A DNA stretch of 64,000 nt from assembly GCF_001194135.2 (NCBI RefSeq), contig NC_068982.1, forward strand, positions 70,043,943 to 70,107,942, read 5' to 3'. This DNA comes from Octopus bimaculoides (lineage: Eukaryota). A program made the translations under genes and the position numbers. Below the pieces are notes generated by a model. The model was not told the DNA's origin. It searched no databases and worked only from the letters and a program-made list of their open reading frames with translations. This document shows, in pieces, positions 40,301 through 54,700 of this stretch (positions within the stretch are counted from its first letter, which is position 1; each line of letters opens with the position of its first letter).

Positions 40301-43300
40301 GTCATGCAATGTCAAGACAAGAAGACACAAACATACACATAAACACATAAAATTCCTATTTATAATTTTTTTTATCTATTTATTTTCAAAAATAAAAATG
40401 GGTTTGACTTACTCGGTATCCATGTTCTCGCTCAAAGTTTTCTTCAAATAACTTTATCTTTTTCCTCAGAGCTAGTAACATTAAAAAATAATATATTTCA
40501 AGATTATTTGGATATTTATTCATCCTCCCTCTCACACACACAAACATTGGATTACCAAAATTGCTGAAAGATTTTATCCTCAGCAAAAAAGACAGTATAG
40601 CAGTGAGAAGCAAAAGAGAAATGCATTTCTTTCTTAAATTGATGCTAAATTGACTGAAAATTTTCTAGAACAATTCTGACTGTTTAAATGTTTTGTAAAA
40701 AGTATTTATAGAAAATAACACAGAAAAAGATCAAGGTCAGCCTAAAATTCAAGTGAGCTCTCTGCACTGTGGAGTGAAAAGAAATAGAACAGTTTCAACT
40801 TGCACACTAAAATAGCATATAATAATTTCTAACATACCAGCAAGGCAATACACTCTTTTTTTGTTTTTTTTATAGTGGGGTGGGATTAGTACTTGATAAG
40901 CTCTTAATTTTATTGACTCCAAAAATGCAGAGTTGACTTCAGCAGGATTTCAACTCAGAAAAGTAGAACTGAAACAAATACTGCAAGGCATTTACTCTGA
41001 TACTCAAACAACTTTACCAATTCCTGTTAATATAAAATAGCTTAAACAGTTAAGTCAGAAGATGCTTTGCTTTCTGGCATTTCCACAAAAGTTTTTAAAA
41101 ATTGTTAAGAAAATCTTTTTTAAAGATTCTCAGCTGAGATAAATTCAGAAAGATTTCAGTTTTTAACCAAGTATTTCTTATAAATCTGAAGAAACAAGTA
41201 GACCCAGCAAGGGAGAAAAGAAAACAAAAAAATAATAAATATCTTAGTACAAATAATATTCAATATAATTCAATGGCCAAATTTGACAATTTTAATGGTT
41301 CAATAATAGCTCAGCTTCAAGATTCCTATGATAATGCTACAAAATTTTGAGAATCATTGTTTTGTTTAACATCTGTTTTTCCATGCTTACATGGATTTTA
41401 AAAGAGAGTTATTTGAGGTATGATTTTATGGTTGGATGCTCTTCCTGGTGCCAACACTTACTTGTTTTTCAAGTAAGGGATTTCTCTATTCTGCATGTCT
41501 TCAAAAGGACCGAGTAACTGGTCATGTCAACAGAGATGTTAACATCAGAAAAAAAGCTTCACTCAAGCAGTGACACCCACATGTACTGTGTATATATTCA
41601 ATGTGTTTCCTGTAGTTTCTGCCAACCAAATTCTCTCATTGGTAGGTTCATGGTTATAGAAGACACTTATTCATGCAAAGTGCCATGCAGTGAGTCCAAA
41701 CCAAATCGCATATAACTGCAAAACAAATCCCTCAAATAGCCAGGGCCATGCTTGCACTATGAAGGCTTTCTAAAATACATGGTCAACCAATATGCAGCTG
41801 CTTTCCACTGAAGCCAGGTAACTCTTATTGACCTCCCTTCACATGCAAAAATGTTCATACCAAGTAACAAAGAACTAAATGAAGTTAATGGTTTCTGTGT
41901 GTCATTGAATAGCTAGAATGAGTCTGCCATGCTATGACTGCCATCCCAAGATAGTTTAGAGTAGAGAGAAGACATATCAATGAAGAGGTTGTAAATGACA
42001 AAGAAATGACTTCAGCAAACACAACTGATTAATTGATTAACCAAATGATCAATCAAGTAATCAATTAGTTAGCTGGTTGGCCACATAGCTAATCAACTGA
42101 TGAATGATAATAAAAAAAATGAAATTGAATCAATGTGTGTGTGTGCTTTTCATTGACATAACTAGTGGGACCTGTGGAAATTCTACAGAATTAAAAAAGG
42201 TTAAGAGAAGCTATTTAAGAAAGAAAGGATGATTTTTATTTTGCTAAGTATTTCACTTCCAGTCACAATAATATATTATATGATTTTAAAATTTACCTCA
42301 GTTAAGCACTTTATATTTCTCTCTACCTCTTCAACAAAGTTTTTAATCATGTAATTCCCTTCTTCATGTCTTTAACATTTCCCTTTCTCTTCACCTCTCA
42401 CTTCCACTAACCACATGAGTGACAGCATAATGCACTGGCTGGCCATCTGCTCTCTCACTCACTCTCATATTCCCTCTTCATTTCTTTCCCTCCACCTCCT
42501 CCTAACAAACTAAAGCGTAAAGTGTGAACAAAGATGTAGAAGAATAATTTCATAGATTTAGTTTGATAAACAAAAAAAAAAAACACTTTTCAGTATCAAT
42601 ACACCACCACTGCCATCATCATCATCACTATAGTTTTCAGTAACAAAGCTCATTTAATTTCAGTTCAGCTGTTTGTTTTTATCTACTTTTTCTTGCTGTC
42701 AATGTATCTCTACTCTGATAATACAAACCCTACCTGTTTCTGCCTCTCTCTCTCTCTCCCTCTCTCAACATAATTGCCTCCTCTGTCCATCTCTCTCAAT
42801 CAGCCTTTCTTCAACCTCACCACCAGAACATCACACTCTGCTAAATATTGTATCCTAAACATATCTCTTAATCTTTATTTTTCTCTCCCCACCCTACAAT
42901 ACGTTAACACCTCTCTCCCTCTATTCTTTCACCATCTTTTTCTCTCACTCTTAACCTCTCCCTTCAACTAACCACATGACACATTTGGCCTTATTATACA
43001 TCTTTTTCTGCTTCTTCCTCACTTCTTTCTTCTCTACTCACATTCCTTCCCTCTCTCTCTCACCTTTACTCCACCTCTAACTAAAGTATAACATATGAAC
43101 AAACAAGCAGATTATTATATAGATGACCTTCCCAAGTTACAACTAAATAGAACTTACACTGAATCTTCTTAGTCAGTTGCTTTAATCTTGTAGTGTATTC
43201 ATCTTCAACTGCCACATTTCTGGAGGGAAAAGAAAATCATGAGAAAATAAAGACTGAAAAATACAATTGTTTTAGAAAATAAAAACTTGAAAAAAAAAAA

Positions 43301-44247
43301 GTTCTGAACAATTTTGTCACTTCATATTTTATCTTCTCCATTCATGTTAGAACCAGTTCTCATTAGTTTCAAAAATAAAGACCAACTGGAAAACTAGCAG
43401 AGAGCTGATAGGCAAGATAAGTCGTTAGATTTTAACAAAGGAATATGGAGTTTGTTTTCATTTTATATATATAAACAAGGAATTAAAGAATTAATTATGT
43501 TAATTTTAGCAAACACAAAATAAAGAGTCAATGAGAAGAATCATAGAGCATTCATTATTATTTCTTACAGTTAACCTTACACACAGAGTCTACTATATAA
43601 ATAACGGCATCTATGAATGGAGAGTAAGCAGAGTGAAACAAATATTTTATATTTTCTGCAAGAGATCTTATTATATATTTGTTAAAAGTCAAGAAATTAA
43701 GAGATTAATATTTTTCATTACAATAAGGGGTAATGAAGTCCAACAATCCAGAGCAAAAATAGTCATATTTCATGTGTGCACACAATACCCATTTAAGTAG
43801 ACACTTAACACTTCTAGTCGAAATTTAAACAGAAGTGAACTAATAAAAACAAAAAGTACTTTTAATCTTTCTTTTAAATTTCTAACTTGGTTAAACCAAA
43901 AGAAATATTAGGGGCTCACACAAGATAATGTCTCAATGGAAGATTAGCAGTGGATATGACTGAAGACAGGTACAACTGAAGGAGACGACGTATGAGACTG
44001 TTTAAAATAGAGCAGCTATTGTAGGTGACAATACATGCAAGCTTCATTGAACCTGTAAAGAAGAAATATGTCAGACTGACACAGTCCCAGATAATCAAGA
44101 AGATCAATTAAGACAGAGTAATAATAATAATAATAAAAATATAAAAAATGGGTTAAACTCTTCTTTGAACAAAAGATCTCAGTTCTGACAATAAATCATA
44201 CTTGACAATAGATTTAATCTAAGTGTCTGTACTTGTACCAGTACAAC

Positions 44248-44303
<56 letters not shown>

Positions 44304-44332
44304 GAGGGAGAGAGAGANNNNNNNNNNGAGAA

Positions 44333-44369
<37 letters not shown>

Positions 44370-46311
44370 ACAGGTCTATGTGATCGTGTGCAGATGTGTC
44401 AAAATATATAAATTGACTATACAGTGTGTCTATATATTCTTTTCTACTCAAGGCACAAGGCCTGAAATTCTGGGGGAGGGGGGCCAGTCGATTAGATCAA
44501 CTCTAGTATGCAACTGGTATTTAATTTACCAACCTCGAAAGGATAAAAGGCAAAGCTGACCTTGGTGGAATTTGAACTCAGAACGGCAGACGAAATACTG
44601 CGAAGCATTTTGCCTAGCGTGCTAACAATTCTGCCAGCTTGCGGCCCTAGTGTGTCTATACATTAAGTATGCAATGTGTGTGCATGTGCTTGCATTGCCC
44701 CTTGTTCTCCTCTCGAGATAGAGAACTAGGATCTCTTTATAAATTAGAGAAATACAAAAAAGGATCATGTCACCAAGCCAACCATATAGTTGAAATGTCA
44801 TTGTCTAAGATAATGATGCTAACTTTAAAAAAAGGACACAAATAAAGCTTTATTTCCCATGACCAAAATCTCTTGTAGAAGTTGTTCAAATTGTTTTATA
44901 TGGTATTCAAATCAGTAATCATAAATCATATCAAATATAGAATGTGCTCAAAACAGAAACAAAAATCCTTTAAATAGAACAGAGAACTATTAAAACAGAA
45001 AAGCCTCACTTAGAGCAGCAGGCAAATTTCTTTAGAAGCAAGATAACAAAAAATTAAAAATCATAAAGTTTCAAATACAAATTGTCTGCTTTGAAATACT
45101 ATGTTCACAATAAGCATGGAATAGACGTAATTAGACTACAGTCAAACAAATAAGTTTGCTTCTAAAATCTGATTTATCCTCTTGTCTGTCCATCACACTT
45201 CACAGAGCAAATCACACTATGCTAATGTAAAGTATGATCCCTAACAAAATTAAAAGCATAATGTGTAAGATACAACCTGGACATAAAGCCTATAGAGTGT
45301 CTGTACACATCGTAATGCATACCATTAAGCTTTAAGTGAAATCAAATTTTAATTTTCTAAAATAAGTTTGTAATATGGGTGTAGATATATGAATAATAGA
45401 TGCAAGCATGGCTGGCTGGTTTAAGAAATTTGCTTCCCATTCACATTGGTTATAAGTTCAGTCCCATTGTGTGGCACCTTGGATAAATGCTTTCTACAAT
45501 AGACCTGGGCCAACCAAACTGTGTGAGCGGATTTGGTAGACAAAAACTGAAAGAAGCCCTAAACACACACACACACGCACACATACATGAATGTATGTGT
45601 ATGTGTGCATATTTGTTACTGTTTCCTTGTCTTGAGAGGACATGATAGTTGTAAACAAGTGTTACTGTTTACAAATAGCATTTCCAACCCCCTGTAGAAA
45701 CATGTCTGGCCTTGGGGAAATATTACCTTACTTAGAAACAGGTGGGAGTTGGCAATAGGAATGGCATCTGGCCATAGAAAATCTGACTCAACAAATTCAT
45801 CTGATCCATGCAAACATGAAAAGTGGACATATGATGATGATGAGCATGATGATGGTAGGGGTGGTAATGATGTTGATAAAGGTGTGCATGTGTACTAACT
45901 GTTACTGCTACACCAGTATCCATTTACAGACTATTTGTATAACAGAAACATGGTTTAGTTTTATTAGCCATGTACCCATATTATTAGCATAAACTACTTA
46001 GTGCTCTGACAAAAACATCATCATTTTAGTTACTGTAACCATGCTAGCTTGTTAAGGCTATAGCAAATTAGGTTACATGTATTGACATTGGTTCATATAC
46101 AAATATTCATTAATTCCATCAATGTTTCAGCATTTCTACCAATATACATTGGGTTTAGTATTTATGTTTGGTAGGATATGAAGGCCAATACAAGTATCAA
46201 TGCAAATATAGATTTTTATCACACAATAAGCCAGCTTCCACTTCACCAAACAACCTAACTTTAGAAACTAAGGATGATTACAAAAACAAACCTTCCTTCA
46301 TGTAATATTGA

Positions 46312-46347
<36 letters not shown>

Positions 46348-49300
46348 GCATTCAAAAAAGTATCTGACTTCATTTTTTCAGGCAAAAACTAATGTTGTGA
46401 GGGCACATGTGTGAAAATTTTCACACCAGTAGGCCACATCAGTTCCTGGCTATTACATCCTAGAATACAGATGGGTAGTGCATGCTCAGATTTTCATTTT
46501 CACGCAAGATGACTGAACACATTGAGCAGAGACCATAAACCAATGAAGTCTGAGTTATATATATATATGGTTAGTTTCCACACAGTTTTCACCTATCAAA
46601 TTCACCAACAAGGTATTAATTAACCCAGCCCAGGGTTCAACACAGTGGGAGTAAATCCAAAAGCACATGGTTGTAAAGTGAACTCTAATTTCACAGCCAT
46701 ACCTGGATCTGTAATTTACTGAATAATCCAAATAACTCCATACCCAATCAATCTATAAAACCTATAAATCCTTAAATAGTAATTATATTTGATCATATTC
46801 AGAGCAAAGTCTTTTTTAGATTCTTGCATTCTATACAAAACTCTTAATATTTTACATTTCTTTGAAGTGCTCCTCTTAAAACTAGAGTGTTAGTCATCAC
46901 ATGATGGGTGATTCTGGAAGTATACATTTACTGCCATTGGGCAATATCAGGAAATTTGATATACATATAACAATTATAATTCAACTTTTATCAAATTTCT
47001 TTCCTTGATGCCTATACAAAACAATGAAATCATTATCAACATCATTTAATGAATGTGTTCCATGCTGGCAAGAGTTGGACTGATCAACAGTATCTGACTA
47101 ACCTATTGGTCTCTAGTGTTTGCTTTGGCAAGGTTTCTCCAGCCAGATGCCTTTTCTAATGCCAACCAATTTACAGAGTATACTGGGTACTTTATGTGAC
47201 ACAAACACTAGTGATGTCACTAAGTGACTCACAAGACAATACTACTCAACTGAGTAGTAGTGCAGTATTGAGGGAAGTTGCTTTGAGTTAGATATAGAGA
47301 GGGATGGACTGAAATGCATGTTTTGCTGCAGAGGGGGTACATGAATAGCTGATTAGGAAAGGGAGAAAGAATGAGATGAGACTAATATTAATTTTCAAAA
47401 GAAAAATATTACTTTAAAATAAAATTAAAACAAATATCTCATTTGCATAATTGCAATAAAAGTGTTACTTCTTTGCAAATTTTATCAACATAAATCTGTC
47501 GTTGAAAACCTACCCTTAGAAAATTTCATTAAAAAATGCGTATTTTTTAGAAAACCACAAAACATTCATCTTGTATCTCTTAAATTAACTCCTTATTTCT
47601 ATTTTAACCTCTCTCTCCTCCTCTCTATATGATGTGAAGAGTGACGAAGAATCTACCAAGCAACCAACCAACATTTATATCAGCTATTATTAAGTAGAAA
47701 TTATTTTGGAGTTCATTAAAAATGACACATAAGAAAAATGCATAAAAAAACCATTGAGAAAAGAAAATACTTTTTTTTTTAAACAAAACATTGTCTATAA
47801 TAAAAACAGGGAATTATTTTATGTTCACTTCTTTCTATTTTTTTAATACAGTATTGGAGTTTTTCAAATCTATTTTGAAACTTTATAAATATATTTTTCT
47901 TTAAAAAACAAAAACAATAAAAAATGTTTTAATTATAATTCATTTGGTAAAAGACAAAAAATAATGATGCTTTTAAATAAGAGGACTGCAAAATATTTCC
48001 TCATCACCAACATCAGTGGGGGGGGGGGGCGGATCTTGTTGCTTGTAGCAAAACTAAAAAGCAGAAGAATAAAATTTCCAACACAATGAAAGATTACAAA
48101 AAAATATATCTAGCACAGGTTATAAATATGAAATAAGTCAGTCTCTGAATTTGATCAAAAGAGCAGGAGGAGTTGTGGGAATACAGCTGTATTAGAATGA
48201 GTGGGGAAGAATTCATAGAAAAATAATGAAAGAATATTTATATAATTACTCTTTAAAAACTGTTTTGAAAATACATGCAAAGTTGCAAATATATTGGGAT
48301 AACTATGTTTGTGTAATAAAAAAAAAAGGAATTAATTCTTTTCATACCAACCCACCCATGACAGCCCCTAGTTATATGATATATAAGCATTCTGTTTTGA
48401 AGTGATCTGAATAGAAACTTCCCATCAAAATTTCATGTTCATTTGTTCCGAACACCAGTTTAATAATAACAGCATTATTTTACTAAATTCTTCATCATTT
48501 TTAAAATTAAATGAAACAAAGGCCCTTATATTTCAACGGAAATATGGTAACAAAGGAGTTAAATAGGCATGTACATTAAATGCTTATTCTTGAAAAGAAG
48601 GCAGTAATACTGCATTTTTGCAACTAATATTCCAAATTTGCCCAAGATTTGTAGGGTGTTGTTATCCAAGACAGTAGTAAAATATACCAACATATAGATA
48701 AATTTTAAATGAATTTGTAATTTGTTTAAGCATATGCAAATCTGAATAAATGAGTATATAATGAACTTGTGTATATATGCAAATAATTAAGCATTCTTAT
48801 AATTAAATTCATTTGATATTTAAAACAAATCATTTAAATCACCACCATCAAAATTGGAATGTAAAAATACATTGTTTCTTTTTCACATATTGTTAATAAA
48901 AGGTTCCCTGTCATATTTTTTTTCATTGCTATTTTCATTCACTGGTTTACAAATCAATAGTTCATTTAAACAAAGGGTAAATAATTTCAAATTACTAATA
49001 TTGTCTTTCAGATTGAACATGAAAAATATCTAAAAAAAAAATTTATTTTATTCATAAGCATATACTTCTACCAATATATGATCAGCACTGTGTGTGTGTG
49101 TGTATGCACGTGCGCATGTTTGTGTACATGTGTATGTATGTCATATATATGTATTTAATGTGTCTTTTTTTTATGGTTTTATGGATAAAAACAATCATTA
49201 AAGAAGTAAAATATATTTATAAAAAAGTCTGTCTTTAAGTATATATTTTTTGTTCTTTGGTTAGATCATTAGGTTGTGCCCATACTGGAGGATAGATTCT

Positions 49301-51662
49301 AAAGATATAGGGTGTATGTATCAACCAAAATACTTGACTGGTATTATGCAAAGAGGCATAATGCAAAATCACCTAGCCACAATTGGAATTCAGGTTGTTA
49401 ATAGACAAAACCGAATATCTGTGTGTTAGAGGGCATGTATGTGAGAATATATATATATTCACACAAAATCAAGTCTTTCAATCATCAATAAATTAAATTT
49501 TAAGATAAAGAAAAATGTTCCATAAAAAAATTCAGAAATTAATTAACCAGAGTCTTTAAATCAAAGCACACTAATCAAAATTCACTTTAGCCCTTGAGCA
49601 AGGCACTGACATCTTCCTAGGTTAAAACTGTTGTAAACTATCCAGTCAAGTGCTTTGAGGCTTTCCAGTACCAAATTTGACCCACAGCATTACATGACTT
49701 AACAGTTATCTCTGCTATAACAATTATAAACTATAAGGCATATCTGGGATTCAAGCGAAGCATCTAATCAGTTTTCTATATCAATTTATACACACAAAAA
49801 AAATATATAATGCAACGACTGTCTCTTTAAGACACACTGAAGGCAAATACATAATGACCAAAATATATAGATATTAGATTTAAAAATACAAATAAGTCAC
49901 ATATTCATAAGGATTACATAATTTAATTGAATCTGGAGCTTTGAGAAATTTGCAGAGCTTTTTCAAACTGCCTTTTTAAAATATTTCCTTTCACTTTTAA
50001 TTATATATATATTCTTTCTTTCCTACCACTTTCCCTCCTTTATATTTTTCTTGCTTTATTTATTTATTTATTTCTGATGAAGGACTAGTCTCTGAAATGT
50101 CCAGATACTTTTCCTTCTTTTAAGCATTAAACTAATGTAATATTTGTTAAAACTTGTCCCTTTCATGTCATATTTTTTGCTCATTATACACACACACACA
50201 CACACACTGCATATGGAATTTTCTTTGCTCATTATCATAAAAAATCCTGTTTTGAAACTATGTTTTAAAGCGCTTGAGAATTTATGAAATTATCAAAATT
50301 TAAAAATGAATTCCTTCACTGTTTTAACGTTACCCATACAAGGTGCGATTAAAAGCTAAAAATTTGACACAAGAGATAACACAGAAACATGTGAACTCAT
50401 TGTCTGAATTAACTGCAACATTTTATGTTAAAGAATTGCAAGAAAAGGTAGGTGGGTGAACATTAACCCTTTACCATTTTAACTGGCCGTGACTGGCCCA
50501 AATTTTCAACCTAATGTACATTCAAACTGGCTAAATCCAGATTCTCAAGCCCATGCCATTCTAAAAATAAATAATCACATTATTGAAATCCTGAAGCTAT
50601 GAAATAATGCATGATTAATTCAAAACAATGTGAATAAATAGGCATTACATTTGACAGAGCAATCTGAATGTTAAAGAGTTTAATACATCAGCTGTCCTCA
50701 GTTTTATTGCATTTTCTAGTGCATAGTGTATATTTAATGTGAAAGAAATGTAGGAAATTTTTTGTATTCTTTTTTTTTCTTAATAATATTGAATATTTTA
50801 AAAATAATGTCCCAAATTTCTTCATATAAATAACATAAGATATTGTGGAACTCTAATAATCTGAAGTTAAGCAAAAACAAAAAAAAAAATGGCTTAAAAA
50901 TACAAAATGAGAGGAGAACAAAAAAGAAAATACACAGCAGACTGAAATTTCTAAACAGGGAGAAAAAATAAATGCACAGAACATGAGTGGAGCAACATGC
51001 AGAGAAAGACTGGATATATCTGATGCCTTATACATCTTTGGAAATAATTCATTATGAGCAGAGAATATTTCAATAATTTTGTTTTAACAAGAATTACAGA
51101 ATATTAAAAAAAAATATCTCAGAACCAAAATGTATGATCACAAATGACTTGTAAAAACTAATTAAAATAGGTTTAAAAGAATAAATATTGGTAAATAATA
51201 TTTTTTTATAAAATAGAAAAAAAGTTAAAATATAATAATGAATATCTGATTGGGAAAAAAATATTTAAAAAAAAACTTGAAAAAGTAGTGTCTAATATCT
51301 ATTTGATATCCATGTCCAAGAAGATATTGGAAGTAACTCTAAAAAACAAAGAAAAATAGAAAAGAAAAAAAAAAAGTAAAAATCCATGCTCTATTTACCT
51401 TGGTTTCTGGGTTCAATTAGAGACAAAGTAGTGACAAAAATGCTAACATGAACTTTGGATGGTAGCAAATGGCATCTCGAGCTCTCGAGTGCCTATAAAA
51501 ATGAAAAAATAACATCAAGGTACTTAGGAATAGATGCGACCAGAGACAACTGGATCAACTTTGAGAATGTAACACATGTGTGATGTGACACAATAAAGCA
51601 TCACAAATATCTGCTAGCTAGAAAAGAGATAAATATATATACATGTGTGTGCATGTGGGGGG

Positions 51663-51703
<41 letters not shown>

Positions 51704-54700
51704 TGTGCGTGTGTGTGCGTGTGTGTGTATATATATATATANNNNNNNNNNNNNNNNNNNNNNNNNNNNNNNNNNNNNNNNNNNNNNNNNNNNNNNNNNN
51801 NNNNNNNNNNNNNNNNNNNNNNNNNNNNNNNNNNNNNNNNNNNNNNNNNNNNNNNNNNNNNNNNNNNNNNNNNNNNNNNNNNNNNNNNNNNNNNNNNNNN
51901 NNNNNNNNNNNNNNNNNNNNNNNNNNNNNNNNNNNNNNNNNNNNNNNNNNNNNNNNNNNNNNNNNNNNNNNNNNNNNNNNNNNNNNNNNNNNNNNNNNNN
52001 NNNNNNNNNNNNNNNNNNNNNNNNNNNNNNNNNNNNNNNNNNNNNNNNNNNNNNNNNNNNNNNNNNNNNNNNNNNNNNNNNNNNNNNNNNNNNNNNNNNN
52101 NNNNNNNNNNNNNNNNNNNNNNNNNNNNNNNNNNNNNNNNNNNNNNNNNNNNNNNNNNNNNNNNNNNNNNNNNNNNNNNNNNNNNNNNNNNNNNNNNNNN
52201 NNNNNNNNNNNNNNNNNNNNNNNNNNNNNNNNNNNNNNNNNNNNNNNNNNNNNNNNNNNNNNNNNNNNNNNNNNNNNNNNNNNNNNNNNNNNNNNNNNNN
52301 NNNNNNNNNNNNNNNNNNNNNNNNNNNNNNNNNNNNNNNNNNNNNNNNNNNNNNNNNNNNNNNNNNNNNNNNNNNNNNNNNNNNNNNNNNNNNNNNNNNN
52401 NNNNNNNNNNNNNNNNNNNNNNNNNNNNNNNNNNNNNNNNNNNNNNNNNNNNNNNNNNNNNNNNNNNNNNNNNNNNNNNNNNNNNNNNNAAACAAAAAAA
52501 AGGAACAAAGAGAATGTGATCATGGACAAATTGGTTCTAAATTAAATTAAAAATGCTTTTCCTTGAATACACCTTAAATTTTCTTTTTTCTCTAAAAAAC
52601 AAAAAAATAATTGATAAATAAAAACATTTAACAGGTAAGAAATTTATTCCCTGAGTTATCCAACAAATATCTAAATTCTGAGATAACATATATATTGTTA
52701 TATGATATATATCAGAGTTAAAACTTTTTTTCTTTTAATATTGACAGCTTCATCTTGTTTTGATCAGTTTCTTTTCTCATCATCAAGGGGTCTTTCTTAC
52801 ACCTGCCAGGCTGCATAGACAATCCCAGGTTGCATTTAAACTAGGAACCTTCATTTCTAAAAGAATGCTTAATAACATTCTTATCCACATAGTATATCAG
52901 TTAGAGTATTAAAAATGCTATTAATCTTGGATTAAAAATGAAAGTTCCTAGTTTCAATGCAGTCTGGGATTGCACATACATCCAAGAAAAAGATATTCTG
53001 TGATTATAGATCGAAGCAATCAAAAAGTTGATGTGAAAATACAAAAACTATGAGTTATTAATATAAGCATTTAAAAATTTTTTTACTTGTGTCAATCATT
53101 AGATTGTAGCCATGTTGGGACACTGCCCTGAAGGGTTTAATCGAATAAAGTGAGTCCAAGACTTTCTCCTTTTTTTTTGGGGGGGGGGGGGTGGCCCTCA
53201 TAAGTCTAATACTTATGCTTATGCTATCAATCTGTTTTGCAAAACTGTTAAATAATGCGAGTGTAAACAAACCAATACTGGTTACCAAGGGGAGACCAAC
53301 CACAAACAGATGTATGTGTGCATGTATGTTTGTTGTCTCACTCCCACATACTTGACAATAGCTATATGATTAAAAAAGTGACACCCTCCCACATCCTATG
53401 GTCATGGTTTTAAAGACTGCTACAAGCAATGTGATACTTTCTAGGTAAAGTACATTCCACTGGACTTTGTTTCACAGAGAACGGATATCATTTTTACTCT
53501 AGCTTAATAAAAAGGAAAACCAACTGTGAAAAAAAAAAGAACAAAGATTTTGCTATATCAAATGTCCAAATTTGGGGAAAACACCTAACAAATGTTAGCA
53601 GGTAAAAAAGATCAATGTAGAACAATGAAAAATATTCTTTCTTCAATTCTGATGTGTATGAATATGTATTCAATAAATAAATAAACATAATGCTTTCTAA
53701 GATCCAGAAGACTTAACTGCCTGTGCTTAGCTTTACTCTCATGGTACTAAGTAGCAGTGATTGTTCTCTTAAATAGGTTGCTTAGCTCAACATTCCCTGA
53801 TAATTTAATCGCTTTCCCCAACAAGTAAATGAACTGAGGTAAAAGATTTAAGGACATTGTCCCAAAATATATAGTGAAACTGCTGACATTGAACTCAAGA
53901 ATAAGCTAGTTGTTTGCAAACTGGAGGATGAGAAAACCTGTTGTATAAGACAACACACCAAGAGATGCTCATCATCATCATCATCATCATACCCTTGCAT
54001 TGTCAGGCCACAGCTTGTAGATTCTCGGAGCATTATATTTCCTGATTTTTGCTAACACAGATCATCACTACTCTCTTTGGCTCTAGTTTTATTTACCGAG
54101 AAAATAAGTCCTAATTATATAAAGCAGTAAATTCAATCAGCTGTATCTCATCTCAACAATGATTGCTCAATGTGCATCATCAAAAGAGATCAATACCACA
54201 TATATTTCAACAAAAAAACTGTAAAGTAAGAGACAAAACAAGCAGAGAACTGAATTTGTTGCACCCATTTTACCCTGTTCTCCACATCTGCCCTCCCCGA
54301 TCCCCTTGATCTCATTTTTTCTATCATTTTTAACCATGTCTTTCTCAATCATCCCCTTCCTTTACTTCTCTACAGGTTACAGTTCTCTACATTTTCTCTT
54401 CTCAACCAAGAGAAATTCAAGTTGAAGATCAAACCACATCAACCTCTCTTGTTCTAGGAGAAGAGCCCAATTCTTCCAACTCAAACGGAAAAAGAAAAAA
54501 AAATCATTTTACTTCTACGAAAACCATTCTAATTTACTGAGGATAATGACCAAACCAATGAATGGCTCTTTTTGTAATTGTTCAACATGTTCGATGTTGT
54601 GGCAAAATCTCAATAACAAAACTTGAAAGAAAAAACTAAAATCTGTAAAATGGAAACACCAACCATTTTAAAACCCAAATCAAAGAGAAACAAAGAGAAA

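Noticed and set aside
48016-48030. Poly-G run (another at about 53179-53190) as a possible G-quadruplex
   Set aside because: Single homopolymer runs, common in such assemblies, with no supporting context
51614-52550. Track ORFs of about 300 aa on both strands
   Set aside because: (GT)n/(AT)n microsatellite plus a 748-N gap
54446-54481. 36-nt in-frame cassette-exon candidate (WKNWALLLEQE)
   Set aside because: Weak GAG acceptor and gttgat donor
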